From an uncultured Acidobacteriota bacterium (GTDB taxonomy: Bacteria; Acidobacteriota; Thermoanaerobaculia; UBA5066): a stretch of DNA of 64,000 nt. A model generated the notes under the pieces. That model saw only the letters and a program-made list of their open reading frames with translations. It did not search any database and was not told where the DNA came from. Each line of letters begins with the position of its first letter. The stretch's first letter is position 1. The DNA is taken from positions 2,080,001 to 2,144,000 of the forward strand of contig CAVZYA010000001.1 in the NCBI GenBank assembly GCA_963779415.1, read 5' to 3'. Both the position numbers and the translations under genes were made by a program. Of this stretch, positions 38,388 through 48,413 are shown piece by piece.

Positions 38388-39263
38388 TCACCCTTCCTCG
38401 AGCATCTTCAGCGCCTTCGTCAGGCTGATCCGCATCCGGGTGAACGACCCGGCGAGGACGGCCACCTCGTCCTGCCCCTTGATGACGACGTCGGGAACTT
38501 CGAGGTCTCCCGTCGAGATCCTGTCCGCCGTCCGGGCGAGGTTCTTGAGCGGCCGGATGACGAAGACGGAGAGGAGGACGTTGAGGATCAGTAGGGTCAC
38601 CGCGAAGACGCCGAAAAGCGTCGCGAGAAGCGTCCGGAACGCGCCGCTGGCCATGGCGACCGGGACGGCCGTCGGCACGGAGACGATCTGGGCGCCGATG
38701 ATCTCGTTCAGCTTCCAGCCGAAGCCCCCGGCCGTGCCGTAGACCTTCACAACCGCGGCCGGGGTCTGGTCCGGCGCCGTGTGGCACGAGAGGCACCCCG
38801 CGTCGGTGATCTGGATCGGCCGGGCGAGGTAGAGCGACCGCCCAAGCGGCCCGTCCCGCTCGCCGATGATCTCCTTGAGCTTTCCGTCCGCCCGGAACGC
38901 GTTCACGACGTCGGCCTCCCAGTCCACGGTCCGGTCCCGCGGGTTCGTCGGATTGAGCGTCGCCTCCTTGTACGTGTACTCGGGGTGGCTCTCGCGAAGG
39001 TAGTTGAAGATCTCGGTCGCGGAGTAGGCGGGGACCGACTGCGGCAGGAACTCCTCCGCGAGCCGGGGCGCGAGGAGCGGCTTGATCTGCTTGTTCGTGT
39101 AGGTCCGGGTCGCGAGCGCCGTTTCCATCATGATCCGGGCGTTCTGGATCACCTGGGTCCGGGCGCTCTTCTGCAGGAGACTGTTCGAAAGATACCCCGC
39201 CGGCACGAGGGCGAGGGCGAAGACGATCACCAGGATCACGTTGAACTTCACGAGCAGGGACAT
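38388..39263 (-). CDS. DUF3365 (Tll0287-like heme c sensor) plus HAMP membrane protein without output domain
   Basis: TM, KEATLNPTNPRD, CLSCH, TM, HAMP (IRPL...DEVAVLAGSFTRM), then stop. Confidence 0.88.
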   Translation of the reverse strand: MSLLVKFNVILVIVFALALVPAGYLSNSLLQKSARTQVIQNARIMMETALATRTYTNKQIKPLLAPRLAEEFLPQSVPAYSATEIFNYLRESHPEYTYKEATLNPTNPRDRTVDWEADVVNAFRADGKLKEIIGERDGPLGRSLYLARPIQITDAGCLSCHTAPDQTPAAVVKVYGTAGGFGWKLNEIIGAQIVSVPTAVPVAMASGAFRTLLATLFGVFAVTLLILNVLLSVFVIRPLKNLARTADRISTGDLEVPDVVIKGQDEVAVLAGSFTRMRISLTKALKMLEEG

Positions 39264-39338
39264 GGGCGGGTCCTCTTGAGACGGATTCTACATATCAAAT
39301 CCATCCCCCGGGGGATACCCGCCCCCAAAAAAGGCGCG

Positions 39339-40682
39339 TTACGGCAGGAAGCCGAGGTGGGTCCGGGCGAAGCGTCCGATGTTCGGGAAGACGGACGGGA
39401 GCGCCTGCGCGTCGAGGCCGAACCACTGGGCCAGCGTCGCGCCGTACTCGTCCACCGACGTCGTCGGGATCCAGCGCCCCTCGTTCGAGGCGTCGTCGGG
39501 CCCCTTGAGGGCGAGGCTCGGGAAGGTCCCGTAGAAGTCGCCCCCCTTCACCGAGCCGCCGAGGACGAAGTGATGGCTCCCCCACGCATGGTCGCTTCCG
39601 CCTCCCGAAGCCGGGAGGAACGTCCGGCCGAAGTCCGAGAGCGTGAAGGTCGTGACGGAATCCGCGACCCCGAGCTCGCCCGTCGCGTCCCAGAAGGCCT
39701 TCACCGCCGCGTTCAGCTGCGTGAAGAGGGTCTGCTGCGTGCTGATCTCGTTCGTGTGCGTGTCGAACCCCCCGAGGGAGGCGAAGAAGATCTGCCGGTT
39801 GATGTTCAGATCCGTCCGGGCCGCAAGAACGCCGGCGATCTGCTGGAGCTGGCGGCCGATCGACGTCCCGGGAAACGTCGTCTTCAACGCCGCGCCCTTC
39901 GCCTGGGCCGCGGCGAGAAGGGCCGTGTTGTCGATCGCCGAAGAGGTGATGGCGCTCGCCGCGGACACCAGCGTCTCGCCGCCGTCCAGGGTCAGGAGCT
40001 TCCGGAGCGCGGCGAGGCGCGCCGTGGCCACGGCGCTCCCGGCAGGGAACCCCTGAAGCGTCGATCCGGGGACGAGAGGGCGCGACGTGACGCCCGTCGT
40101 GAAGATCGGGATGCCCGAGACCGAGACGACCATCGGGAAGTTGACGACGTTGAGCGAGGCGACGGCATCGGCCGTACGGCCGCCCCACCCCGTCTGCGAG
40201 AGGGGATCCTGCGCGGTCACAATCGAGGACTGCCACTCGGCCTGCTGGTCCGAGTGGGAAAAGAGGCTGTCGGGACGGGGGGAGCCCGCGAGGAACTCCG
40301 CCCGCGTCAGCGGCCCCGAGAGCGTCCCGACGTTCGCCACGACCGCGAGCTTCCCGGCCTCGTAGAGCGTCTGGAGGTCCGTCAGCGCCGGATGGAGGCC
40401 GAAGGCCGCTCCCTGGCTCGGGGCGTCGATCTTCAGGATCGACGCCTTCGGGATGTTGAGCGCGGTGGCGCGGACCGCCTGGTACGAGGCGTAGTCGTCG
40501 TACGGGATGACCGTGTTGTTCCCGTCGTTCCCTCCGTAGAGGAAGAGGCAGACGAGCGCGCGGTAGTCGGTCGCACCGGTGGTGGCCGCCTCCAGCCGGG
40601 AGAAGCGCTCGAACGCGGAGAGGAAGGCCGCCGCCCCGAGGCCGCAGCCGAGGTCGCGGGCGAATTCGCGTCGGGTTCTCAT
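39339..40682 (-). CDS. DUF1501 domain protein (Tat substrate)
   Basis: TRREF Tat motif, DYRALVCLFLYGGNDG, LFSHSDQQ, GGFDTH, SDFGRT, GSDHAWG. Confidence 0.9.
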   Translation of the reverse strand: MRTRREFARDLGCGLGAAAFLSAFERFSRLEAATTGATDYRALVCLFLYGGNDGNNTVIPYDDYASYQAVRATALNIPKASILKIDAPSQGAAFGLHPALTDLQTLYEAGKLAVVANVGTLSGPLTRAEFLAGSPRPDSLFSHSDQQAEWQSSIVTAQDPLSQTGWGGRTADAVASLNVVNFPMVVSVSGIPIFTTGVTSRPLVPGSTLQGFPAGSAVATARLAALRKLLTLDGGETLVSAASAITSSAIDNTALLAAAQAKGAALKTTFPGTSIGRQLQQIAGVLAARTDLNINRQIFFASLGGFDTHTNEISTQQTLFTQLNAAVKAFWDATGELGVADSVTTFTLSDFGRTFLPASGGGSDHAWGSHHFVLGGSVKGGDFYGTFPSLALKGPDDASNEGRWIPTTSVDEYGATLAQWFGLDAQALPSVFPNIGRFARTHLGFLP

Positions 40683-40698
40683 CGCGTCACCTCGGCTT

Positions 40699-42438
40699 TC
40701 AGCGCGCCACCTGGTACTGCGAGGAGCTCGCGATCAGGTAGAGCGCCGTCTGGGCCCGGAGGAGGGGGTTCGCCGCCGGGATCGCCGTCACCGCGCCCGT
40801 CACCGTGGCGAGCGCGTCGGCCGACATCGATCCGTGCATCAGGAGCCGGTTCAGGTATCCGACGAGAGCCATCGGGTCCGGCGCGAGCTGCCGGAGGGGC
40901 GAGAGGTCGAGGACCGTCCCGGGGCCCGGCGCCGGAGAGCGGAGCTGCGAGAAAGCCAGCGTGTTGACGAAGTTCACGCGATTGAGCGCCGCGAGCGACG
41001 ACTGGATCCCCATCTCCGGCCCCTGGATGGAGGTGCCGTTCACGACGTACTCGTGCGGGTAGTAGCTGAAGACGGTCGGCGAATAGAAGAGGTTCTGCCC
41101 CATCGCGTTCGCCTGCGCCGCGAGGATCCCGTCGCTCCTGGCGTCCAGCGCGCGGAGGAGGCTCGTGATGAAGAGAACCGGCTCGCGGAGATGCCCGTAG
41201 GCGGGCTCCGTCCGGACCGTGCCGCGCGCCTCGGGGTCGAGCAGGATGGCCCGGACGACGGCCTTCATATCGCCGCGGACCCCGGAGCCGTTGTCGTCGA
41301 AGGCCTGTGCCACGCGGGTGACGTAGGCCCCGGACGGGTTCGACGTGACGAGGTGCTGGATCAGCTGCTTGCCGATGAAGGGACCCACGTTCGGATGGCG
41401 GAAGATGTTGTCGATCGCCTCGTTCAGTTCGACCTCGCCGTCCCCGCCGGCCGGAAGCGTCGTGTTGACGGCTCCCGGATAGTCGAGGAGGACCTTGACC
41501 CCCTTGTCGTGGTTCGTGTCCTTCCCCTTCGCGTCGCGGTAGAGAACCATCGGCGCGAGAAAATTCGGCGGATTGTGCCGCGCGGACGCCGCCGGCGCGA
41601 TTGGCGCGTAGGTCCAGCCGGTGAAGACGTGGGCGAGGTCCTCGATGTTGTCCTGCGAATACGTCGGGATCGGATTTCCGAAGGCATCACTCTGCACCGA
41701 GCCGTCCGGGTTCAGGAGGTTCACGCCGAGGGAGAAGAGCTGCATCACTTCGCGGGCGTAGTTCTCGTTCGGCGAGACGTTGGAGGTCGGGACCGGTGCG
41801 TCGTTGTTCACCATGTCGAGGTAGTGCCCCATGGCCGGGTTCAGGGTCAGATCCCAGAGGAGCTTTCGGTAGTTCTCGAAGGCGTCGTCGAGGAGCATGT
41901 TCAGGTACGGCGCCATCTGGCTCGGCTGCGTGATCTTGACGCCCGAGACGACGAGGATCTCGTGGAGCGCGAGCGCGACGCGCTGTCGGAGCTGGTCGTC
42001 GTTGTCGAGCGCGTCTTGGAAGAAGCGGACCTGGAGCGGGTACATGGTGTAGTTGTCCCGGACGCAGGTGGACGGGCTTCCGGTCGGGCAGCCGGTGGAG
42101 GATCTCGCGGGCATCGTGGCGAGGGCCGGATACGAAGAGGTCTTCGCGTAGAACTGCTCGGCGAGCCAGGCGTCGAATCCGACCTCCTGGAGATGTCCGA
42201 TCAGGGACGTCGTCGGGCCGAACGTCGCCTGCTCGAGGAAGCGGACGGTGTCGGAGAAAGCCCGGGTCGTGGCCGGCTGGACTCCGGTCAGCCCGCTTCC
42301 GCCGGCTTTCGGATGCTGGGCAAGGGAGGGCACCGCGCCGACGAGAGCGGCAATCGCAATGGCCGCGAGGAGGGCGGGACCCGGACGGCGACTCCCTTTC
42401 GCGCGGGGGTCGATTCTCGGCGACGCATCTCGGTCCAT
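40699..42438 (-). CDS. DUF1800 domain protein
   Basis: RFLEQATFGP, DQLRQRVA, PNENYAREVMQLFSLG, LVTSNPS, LREP. Confidence 0.9.
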   Translation of the reverse strand: MDRDASPRIDPRAKGSRRPGPALLAAIAIAALVGAVPSLAQHPKAGGSGLTGVQPATTRAFSDTVRFLEQATFGPTTSLIGHLQEVGFDAWLAEQFYAKTSSYPALATMPARSSTGCPTGSPSTCVRDNYTMYPLQVRFFQDALDNDDQLRQRVALALHEILVVSGVKITQPSQMAPYLNMLLDDAFENYRKLLWDLTLNPAMGHYLDMVNNDAPVPTSNVSPNENYAREVMQLFSLGVNLLNPDGSVQSDAFGNPIPTYSQDNIEDLAHVFTGWTYAPIAPAASARHNPPNFLAPMVLYRDAKGKDTNHDKGVKVLLDYPGAVNTTLPAGGDGEVELNEAIDNIFRHPNVGPFIGKQLIQHLVTSNPSGAYVTRVAQAFDDNGSGVRGDMKAVVRAILLDPEARGTVRTEPAYGHLREPVLFITSLLRALDARSDGILAAQANAMGQNLFYSPTVFSYYPHEYVVNGTSIQGPEMGIQSSLAALNRVNFVNTLAFSQLRSPAPGPGTVLDLSPLRQLAPDPMALVGYLNRLLMHGSMSADALATVTGAVTAIPAANPLLRAQTALYLIASSSQYQVAR

Positions 42439-42588
42439 CTCCGCTCCTCCCGTTTGTTGGTACTGCGTCTCAAGACGCGGATCCTACGCGTCCGGTTGAC
42501 ACGGTGAGATGGAGGCGTGATGGACGTCACGGATGGCGGGGAGTTGATAATCACGCAACGTCATCTTTCCGCCGGAGGCTCTCCTTGA

Positions 42589-42835
42589 CGGTCGGCCCGG
42601 TACGTGGGGGGCGGGATCGCCGGGGTCGAGGAGCTGGATTCTCACGACCGCTGGGAGCGGATCCCGCAGTACGGCTGGGCCTGGAAGCCGCACGCCGTCG
42701 TCGCCGGCTGGGTCCCCGAAGGCCCGGCCGTCCGAACCGTCCGGTACGCGCCGGCGCGCGTCGTCTTCGTCGGCGGCGGGTACATCCGCGAGACGCACGT
42801 CCACGACGCGCACGCCCGACAAACCGGTCTCGTGA
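42589..42835 (+). pseudogene. Collapsed remnant of a FecR/DUF6600-type gene
   Basis: After an in-frame TGA it reads RSARYVGGGIAGVEELDSHDRWERIPQYGWAWKPHAVVAGWVP and then YAPARVVFVGGG. These resemble the start and end of DUF6600 with the middle missing. Confidence 0.6.
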
Positions 42836-42948
42836 CGAGCCGGATGAGGGAGACCGGGCGGTGTCCCGGGTCTCTCTCGGGCTCGCGCGAGCCGGTCTCG
42901 ACGTTGCAGATTCTCGCTATGATCGTTTTCGCGACAGGGAGGATGCCG

Positions 42949-43413
42949 ATGAAAGAATCCATCTCGTTCCGGCTCAACGGCAAGCCCGTCCAGCTCGAGA
43001 TCGACGGCGATCGAACGCTCCTCTGGGTGCTGCGGACCGACCTTGGCCTGACGGGGACGAAGTACGGCTGCGGCGAGAGCCTCTGCGGCGCCTGCACCGT
43101 GGTCGTCGGGAAGGAGGCGGTGCGGTCGTGCCAGCTTCCGATGAAGGCCGTCCGCGGCAAGGAGGTCACGACGATCGAGGGGCTGGAGAAGAACGGAAAG
43201 CTCCATCCCCTCCAGGAGGCGTTCGCCGACGTCGGGGGGCTCCAGTGCGGCTACTGCACCCCCGGGATGATCATGAATGCCTACGCCCTCCTCCTGAAGA
43301 CCCCGAGGCCGAGCCGGCGCCAGATCCTCGCCGGGATGGAGGACAACCTCTGCCGCTGCGCCGCTCATAATCGGATCGTCAAGGCCATCGAACGGGCCTC
43401 GACCGTTGCGTGA
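42949..43413 (+). CDS. (2Fe-2S)-binding small subunit, IorA/CoxS family
   Basis: TKYGCGESLCGAC, QCGYCTPG, NLCRC. RBS GGGAGG. Confidence 0.93.
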   Translation: MKESISFRLNGKPVQLEIDGDRTLLWVLRTDLGLTGTKYGCGESLCGACTVVVGKEAVRSCQLPMKAVRGKEVTTIEGLEKNGKLHPLQEAFADVGGLQCGYCTPGMIMNAYALLLKTPRPSRRQILAGMEDNLCRCAAHNRIVKAIERASTVA

Positions 43414-45587
43414 GGCGTGTCATGAGAGACGACCGCTCGCCCCTCGCCGCGCCGCCGCTTCCCTCCGCACGACGTTCCCTCGACCGCCGGAACTTCATCC
43501 GGCTTCTCGGCGGGGGGATCATCGTCCTCTTCAACGCGGACCTGTCGGACCTCCTCGGCCAGGAAGCTCGCACGCGGGGCTACCCCACCGACTTCAACGC
43601 CTATCTGAGGATCGCCGCAGACGGCCGGGTCACGGTCTACTCCGGGAAGATCGAGATGGGTCAGGGCGTCGTCACGTCTCTCGCGCAGATGGCGGCCGAC
43701 GAGCTCGACGTGTCGCTGGATTCCATCGACATGGTGATGGGAGACACGGCCCTCTGCCCCTGGGACGCTGGAACGTGGGGCTCCATGTCGACCCGCTTCT
43801 TCGGCCCGGCCCTCCGGGGGGCCGCGGCGGAGGCGAAAGCCGTCCTGCTGACGCTCGCCTCGGAGCAGCTGAAGGCGCCGCCGGACGCCCTCCGCACCGC
43901 GGACGGCGTCGTTTCCGTCGCCTCCGACCCGAAGAGCCGCGTCACGTATGGCCAGCTCGCGAAGGGGCAGAAGATCGTCCGGAAGCTGGACGGGAAGGCC
44001 GTCCTGAAGTCCGTTTCCGAGTTCCGGATCATGGGGCGCCCGGAGAAGCGCCGGGACGCGCGGGAGAAGGTGACGGGCAAGGCTCAATACGCCGGCGACA
44101 TCCGGCTTCCGGGAATGCTTTACGCGAAGATCCTCCGTCCGCCGGCCCACGGCGCCACGCTGAAGAGCGTCGACACGTCGGCCGCCGCGCGCGTGCCGGG
44201 AACCGTCGTCGTCGACGAGGACGGCATCGTCGCCGTGCTTCACGCGGATCCCGAAGCGGCGGAGAAGGCGCTCTCCCTCGTCAAGGCCGACTTCAACCTG
44301 CCGAAGGCCCCCTTCGACGACCGGACGGTCTTTGTCCATCTCCTCTCGGTGGCGGGCGAGGGCGAGGAGAGGGAGAAGAAGGGGGATCTCGGCGAAGGAG
44401 AGAAGAAATCCGTCTCGCTCTTCGAGGGAAAGTACCTGAACGGTTATGGCGCGCACGCGCCGATCGAGCCTCATACCTCCCTCGCCCGGCTCGAGAACGG
44501 GACAATGACGATCTGGGCCTCCACGCAGTCGCCCTTCGGAACCCAGCAGGCGGTGGCTCACGCCCTAGGCCTCCCGACGGAGAAGGTCCGGGTCGTCACG
44601 CCGTTCGTCGGCGGCGGCTTCGGCGGGAAGAGCGCCGGAGGGCAGTCGCTCGAGGCGGCGAAGCTCGCGAAGAAGACCGGCAGGCCGGTCCAGGTCTGCT
44701 GGAGCCGTGCCGAGGAGTTCTTCCTCGACACCTTCCGGCCCGCGGCGGTCGTCAAAATCCGGTCGGGAATCGACGGCGCGGGGCGGATCTGCCTCTGGGA
44801 CTACCAGGTCTACGCGGCAGGATCGCGAAGCGCCGAGCAGTTCTACGACGTCCCGAACAACCTGATCCGGACCTACGGGCGCTGGGGAGGCGAGACCCCG
44901 AAGATGCACCTCTTCGCCACCGGCCCGTGGCGGGCGCCGGGGGCCAACATCAACGTCTTCGCGCGGGAGTCGCAGATCGACATGATGGCGGCCAAGGCCG
45001 GGATCGATCCGCTCGAATTTCGCCTGAACAACACCTCCGACAAGAGGATGCGCCGCGTCCTCGAAGCCGCGGCCGGGAAGTTCGGCTGGAAGAAGGCCGC
45101 CGCACCCAGCAAACGCGGGGTCGGGGTGGCGTGCGGGATCGATGCCGGCACTTACGTGGCCCTGATGGCCGAGGTGAGGGTCGACGCCGCCACCGGGAAC
45201 GTCAAGGTCCTGCGAATCGTCTGTGCCCAGGAGATGGGCGTCGTGATCAACCCCGACGGCGCGAAGATGCAGATGGAAGGCTGCGTCATGATGGGCCTCG
45301 GGTACACGCTCTCGGAGGAGGTCCGCTTCGAAGGCGGCCGGATCCTCACCCGGAACTTCGACACGTACGAGCTGCCTCGCTTCTCCGGGATGCCCGAGAT
45401 CGAGACCGTCCTCGTGAAGAACGACGAGCTGACCCCTCAGGGAGGAGGCGAGCCGGCGATCGTCCCGGTGGGGGCCGTCGTGGCGAACGCCATCTTCGAC
45501 GCCACCGGCGCCCGGCTCTTCGAGATGCCGATGACGGCCGAACGCGTGAAGGAAGCTCTCGCCGCAGCCCGGAAGCAACCCACCTGA
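43410..45587 (+). CDS. Xanthine dehydrogenase-family molybdopterin-binding subunit (IorB-like)
   Basis: DRRNFI Tat-like motif, EMGQG, HAPIEP, GGGFGGK, WRAPG, GGGEPAIVPV. Start at GTG 43410 or ATG 43422. Confidence 0.92.
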   Translation: MRRVMRDDRSPLAAPPLPSARRSLDRRNFIRLLGGGIIVLFNADLSDLLGQEARTRGYPTDFNAYLRIAADGRVTVYSGKIEMGQGVVTSLAQMAADELDVSLDSIDMVMGDTALCPWDAGTWGSMSTRFFGPALRGAAAEAKAVLLTLASEQLKAPPDALRTADGVVSVASDPKSRVTYGQLAKGQKIVRKLDGKAVLKSVSEFRIMGRPEKRRDAREKVTGKAQYAGDIRLPGMLYAKILRPPAHGATLKSVDTSAAARVPGTVVVDEDGIVAVLHADPEAAEKALSLVKADFNLPKAPFDDRTVFVHLLSVAGEGEEREKKGDLGEGEKKSVSLFEGKYLNGYGAHAPIEPHTSLARLENGTMTIWASTQSPFGTQQAVAHALGLPTEKVRVVTPFVGGGFGGKSAGGQSLEAAKLAKKTGRPVQVCWSRAEEFFLDTFRPAAVVKIRSGIDGAGRICLWDYQVYAAGSRSAEQFYDVPNNLIRTYGRWGGETPKMHLFATGPWRAPGANINVFARESQIDMMAAKAGIDPLEFRLNNTSDKRMRRVLEAAAGKFGWKKAAAPSKRGVGVACGIDAGTYVALMAEVRVDAATGNVKVLRIVCAQEMGVVINPDGAKMQMEGCVMMGLGYTLSEEVRFEGGRILTRNFDTYELPRFSGMPEIETVLVKNDELTPQGGGEPAIVPVGAVVANAIFDATGARLFEMPMTAERVKEALAAARKQPT

Positions 45588-45622
45588 CGTCGCCGCCCTC
45601 GTCGCCGTGATGTCGACCTGAC

Positions 45623-46159
45623 ATGGCCAGGAAATCGTTTCCTCTCTCCCGGGTCTACGGCCTCCTCGAGCCGGGGCCCGTCGTCCTGGTCACGACCGCT
45701 CGCGGCGAGCGCCCGAACATCATGACGATGTCGTGGCATACGATGATGGAGTTCGAGCCGCCGCTCGTCGGTTGCGTCATCAGCAATCGAAACCATTCTT
45801 TCGATCTGCTGAAGGCGACCAGAGAATGTGTCATCAACATCCCTTCCGTGGAACTCGCCGAAAAGGTCGTGGGGTGCGGCAATACGTCCGGTGCGAACGT
45901 GGACAAGTTCAGAAGGTTCCGGCTGACGCCCACGCCCGCGGCGAGGGTCGGCGCGCCTCTCATCGAAGAGTGTTTCGCGAATCTCGAATGCCGGGTGGTC
46001 GACACGAGAATGGTCGCCCGGTATTGCTTCTTCGTCCTCGAAGTCGTCAAGGCGTGGATCGACCCGGTGGTGAAGAACCCGCGGACGATTCATCATCTCG
46101 GGAAGGGCCGCTTCATGGTCGCGGGCGAAAAGATCACGCTGAAGTCGAGGATGAAGTAG
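45623..46159 (+). CDS. Flavin reductase family protein
   Basis: LEPGPVVLVTT, NIMTMSW, ECVINIP, APLIEECFANLEC. Confidence 0.9.
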   Translation: MARKSFPLSRVYGLLEPGPVVLVTTARGERPNIMTMSWHTMMEFEPPLVGCVISNRNHSFDLLKATRECVINIPSVELAEKVVGCGNTSGANVDKFRRFRLTPTPAARVGAPLIEECFANLECRVVDTRMVARYCFFVLEVVKAWIDPVVKNPRTIHHLGKGRFMVAGEKITLKSRMK

Positions 46160-46316
46160 CGCTTCTCGTTACGGAAGATTGCGCACCGACCAAGAGACAG
46201 AGTCTCGGGCGCCGGACGAGGTTGATCCGGGAATCCAAGGCACCTACACTGCGTACGGTGTGAGGTCGAGCCCGACGGAAGAGTCCGCGGAGGCCGGAAA
46301 GGCAGCGCTGGACGGG

Positions 46317-48413
46317 ATGGTTTCGCTGAAATCGTCCTCCCGTCCGGCGTTGGGCAAGGTCGTTCTCGTGTCGGGTCTGGGACTCTTCGTCGAACTTCTC
46401 CTGATCCGTTGGCTCGACTCGCAGGTGCGGCCGCTGGCGTTCGTCAAGAATCTACCCCTCATCGCCTCCTTTCTCGGGCTCGGCCTTGGGTACGCGTCGC
46501 CCGACCGGTTTCGCCGGCTGGTCCCGGCTTCAGGACTCCTGCTGGCGATGGTCCTCTTCGCGGGGCTCGCCTCCGACGCTCCAGGGGGAGGGACCGTCGC
46601 GTTCGGTCCGGTCGGGGCCGAGGTGAATCTCGGCGCCGCGCCGATGTCGACGCGGCTGGAGTTGATCGCGTTTGTCGGCGCTCTCGTAGGCGTGTTCGCG
46701 GCTGTCGCCCTCGCGACCTTCCCTCTTGGGCAACTGGCGGCGCGCGCCATGAAAGGTCTCGAGACGCTGCCGGCTTACACGGCGAACGTCGCCGGCTCGC
46801 TTCTCGGCGTTCTTTCTGCCTTCGTTCTCGCATCAGCGTCCATCCCGCTCTGGGTGAACGCCGCCGTCGCGTTTCTTCTCCTGACCGCCGTGCTCGAAGG
46901 CTCGCCTGCGGCCCGCGTTGGAACCCTCGCGGCCGGCCTCGTGATCTCTCTGGTGATGGCGTATCAGGACCACCCGTCCGGCCAGCGGTTTCGCCTCTGG
47001 AGCCCGTACAACCGGATCGAGGTCTCGACAGACCCTCCCCTCAGGACTCCGGACGGCACGCTCGTCTCCCCCGGCTATAGTGTCTTCGTCCAGAGCCTCT
47101 TCCACCAGCGGATGCTCGCGCTCTCGCCCGAACGCTGGCCACAACTTTCCGGCCTCCTGTCACGCGAGAGGGCGCACTATGATTTTCCGTATCGACTCCT
47201 TTCCCCGCAGCGGGTCCTCATTCTCGGCGCCGGGACCGGGAACGACATTGCCGCGGCTCTCCGTAACGGGGCCCGCGTGGTGGACGCGGTGGAAATCGAT
47301 CCCATGATCCTCGCGGTCGGCAGGAAGCTCCACCCGGATCGTCCGATGCAGGACCCCCGGGTCCGGCCGATCGTCGCCGACGCCAGAGCGGTTCTCGAGC
47401 GCCCCGGACCAGCCTACGACCTGATCGTCTTCGGCACACTCGACGCCCACCTCGGTTTCTACTCCTCCATCGCCTCGAGTATTCGGCTCGACAACTACGT
47501 CTACACGGTGGAGAGCCTCCGCCGAGCGCTTGCCCGCCTCACCCCGGGGGGCGCCGTTTATGCGAACGTCTACATCGAGTTCCCATGGGTTGCGACACGT
47601 CTTCAGCGGATGATCGAGGAGGCGGGAGGCGTGACCCCGCTCACCACCTCACCCCGAGTCGAAGGGGAGAACGCCAGCTATCTCTTCGGTCCAGTCACGA
47701 GGAGTGCCGGCGTCGCGGCGGCACGTCTCGTCGCGGGCTTCTCGGCCGAGACTCTCCAGCGGAATCCTCCGGGGCCATCTGCGCGCGATGATTGGCCATT
47801 CCTCTACCTTCGGAGCCGAAGAGTCCCGCCGGTCATTCTGCTTTCCGGTGCGCTCGTTCTCGGCGCCGGCTTTCTCCTCGTGCGGTTCGTCATTGGCGGG
47901 GTGCGGCGTCTCGACCGGCACTTCTTCTTCCTCGGTGCGGGGTTCCTGCTCGTCGAGACCCGGACGATCGCGCAGCTCGCGTTGCTCTTTGGCACGACCT
48001 GGCGGGTCAGCGCCATCGCCATCAGTGCGATTCTCGCCGCTGTGCTCCTTGCAAACGGGGTCGTACGCCAAACGGGTCCGCTTCCGCGTCCGTTTCTTTA
48101 CGTCGGTCTGGCGGTGTCCCTTCTGGTCGGAACCGTCGTGCCCGTCGGCGCGGCCCTCGGGGCGGGTTCTCTCGCTGCGTGGGGGATGACGCTCATCCTT
48201 GCGCTGCCCGTCGTCTTCTCGTCCCTGGTCTTCTCCTCTTCCATCGCGGACCAGACCGACCTGGCGCCAATTCTCGCCTCGAACCTCGCCGGAGGCGTCC
48301 TCGGCGGCCTTCTCGAGAACGTCTCCCTGGTAATCGGGATTTCGGCCCTTGGTTTCGTCGCCCTCGCCGTCTACGCCGCTTCCTATCGGCCGTGGCTCAG
48401 TTCCAGTGCTTGA
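46317..48413 (+). CDS. Membrane protein fused to a spermidine-synthase-like SAM-binding domain
   Basis: N- and C-terminal TM bundles; WSPYNRI; VLILGAGTGND; AVEIDP; DDWPFLYL; FFFLGAGFLLVET. Start may be GTG 46260. Confidence 0.8.
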   Translation: MVSLKSSSRPALGKVVLVSGLGLFVELLLIRWLDSQVRPLAFVKNLPLIASFLGLGLGYASPDRFRRLVPASGLLLAMVLFAGLASDAPGGGTVAFGPVGAEVNLGAAPMSTRLELIAFVGALVGVFAAVALATFPLGQLAARAMKGLETLPAYTANVAGSLLGVLSAFVLASASIPLWVNAAVAFLLLTAVLEGSPAARVGTLAAGLVISLVMAYQDHPSGQRFRLWSPYNRIEVSTDPPLRTPDGTLVSPGYSVFVQSLFHQRMLALSPERWPQLSGLLSRERAHYDFPYRLLSPQRVLILGAGTGNDIAAALRNGARVVDAVEIDPMILAVGRKLHPDRPMQDPRVRPIVADARAVLERPGPAYDLIVFGTLDAHLGFYSSIASSIRLDNYVYTVESLRRALARLTPGGAVYANVYIEFPWVATRLQRMIEEAGGVTPLTTSPRVEGENASYLFGPVTRSAGVAAARLVAGFSAETLQRNPPGPSARDDWPFLYLRSRRVPPVILLSGALVLGAGFLLVRFVIGGVRRLDRHFFFLGAGFLLVETRTIAQLALLFGTTWRVSAIAISAILAAVLLANGVVRQTGPLPRPFLYVGLAVSLLVGTVVPVGAALGAGSLAAWGMTLILALPVVFSSLVFSSSIADQTDLAPILASNLAGGVLGGLLENVSLVIGISALGFVALAVYAASYRPWLSSSA

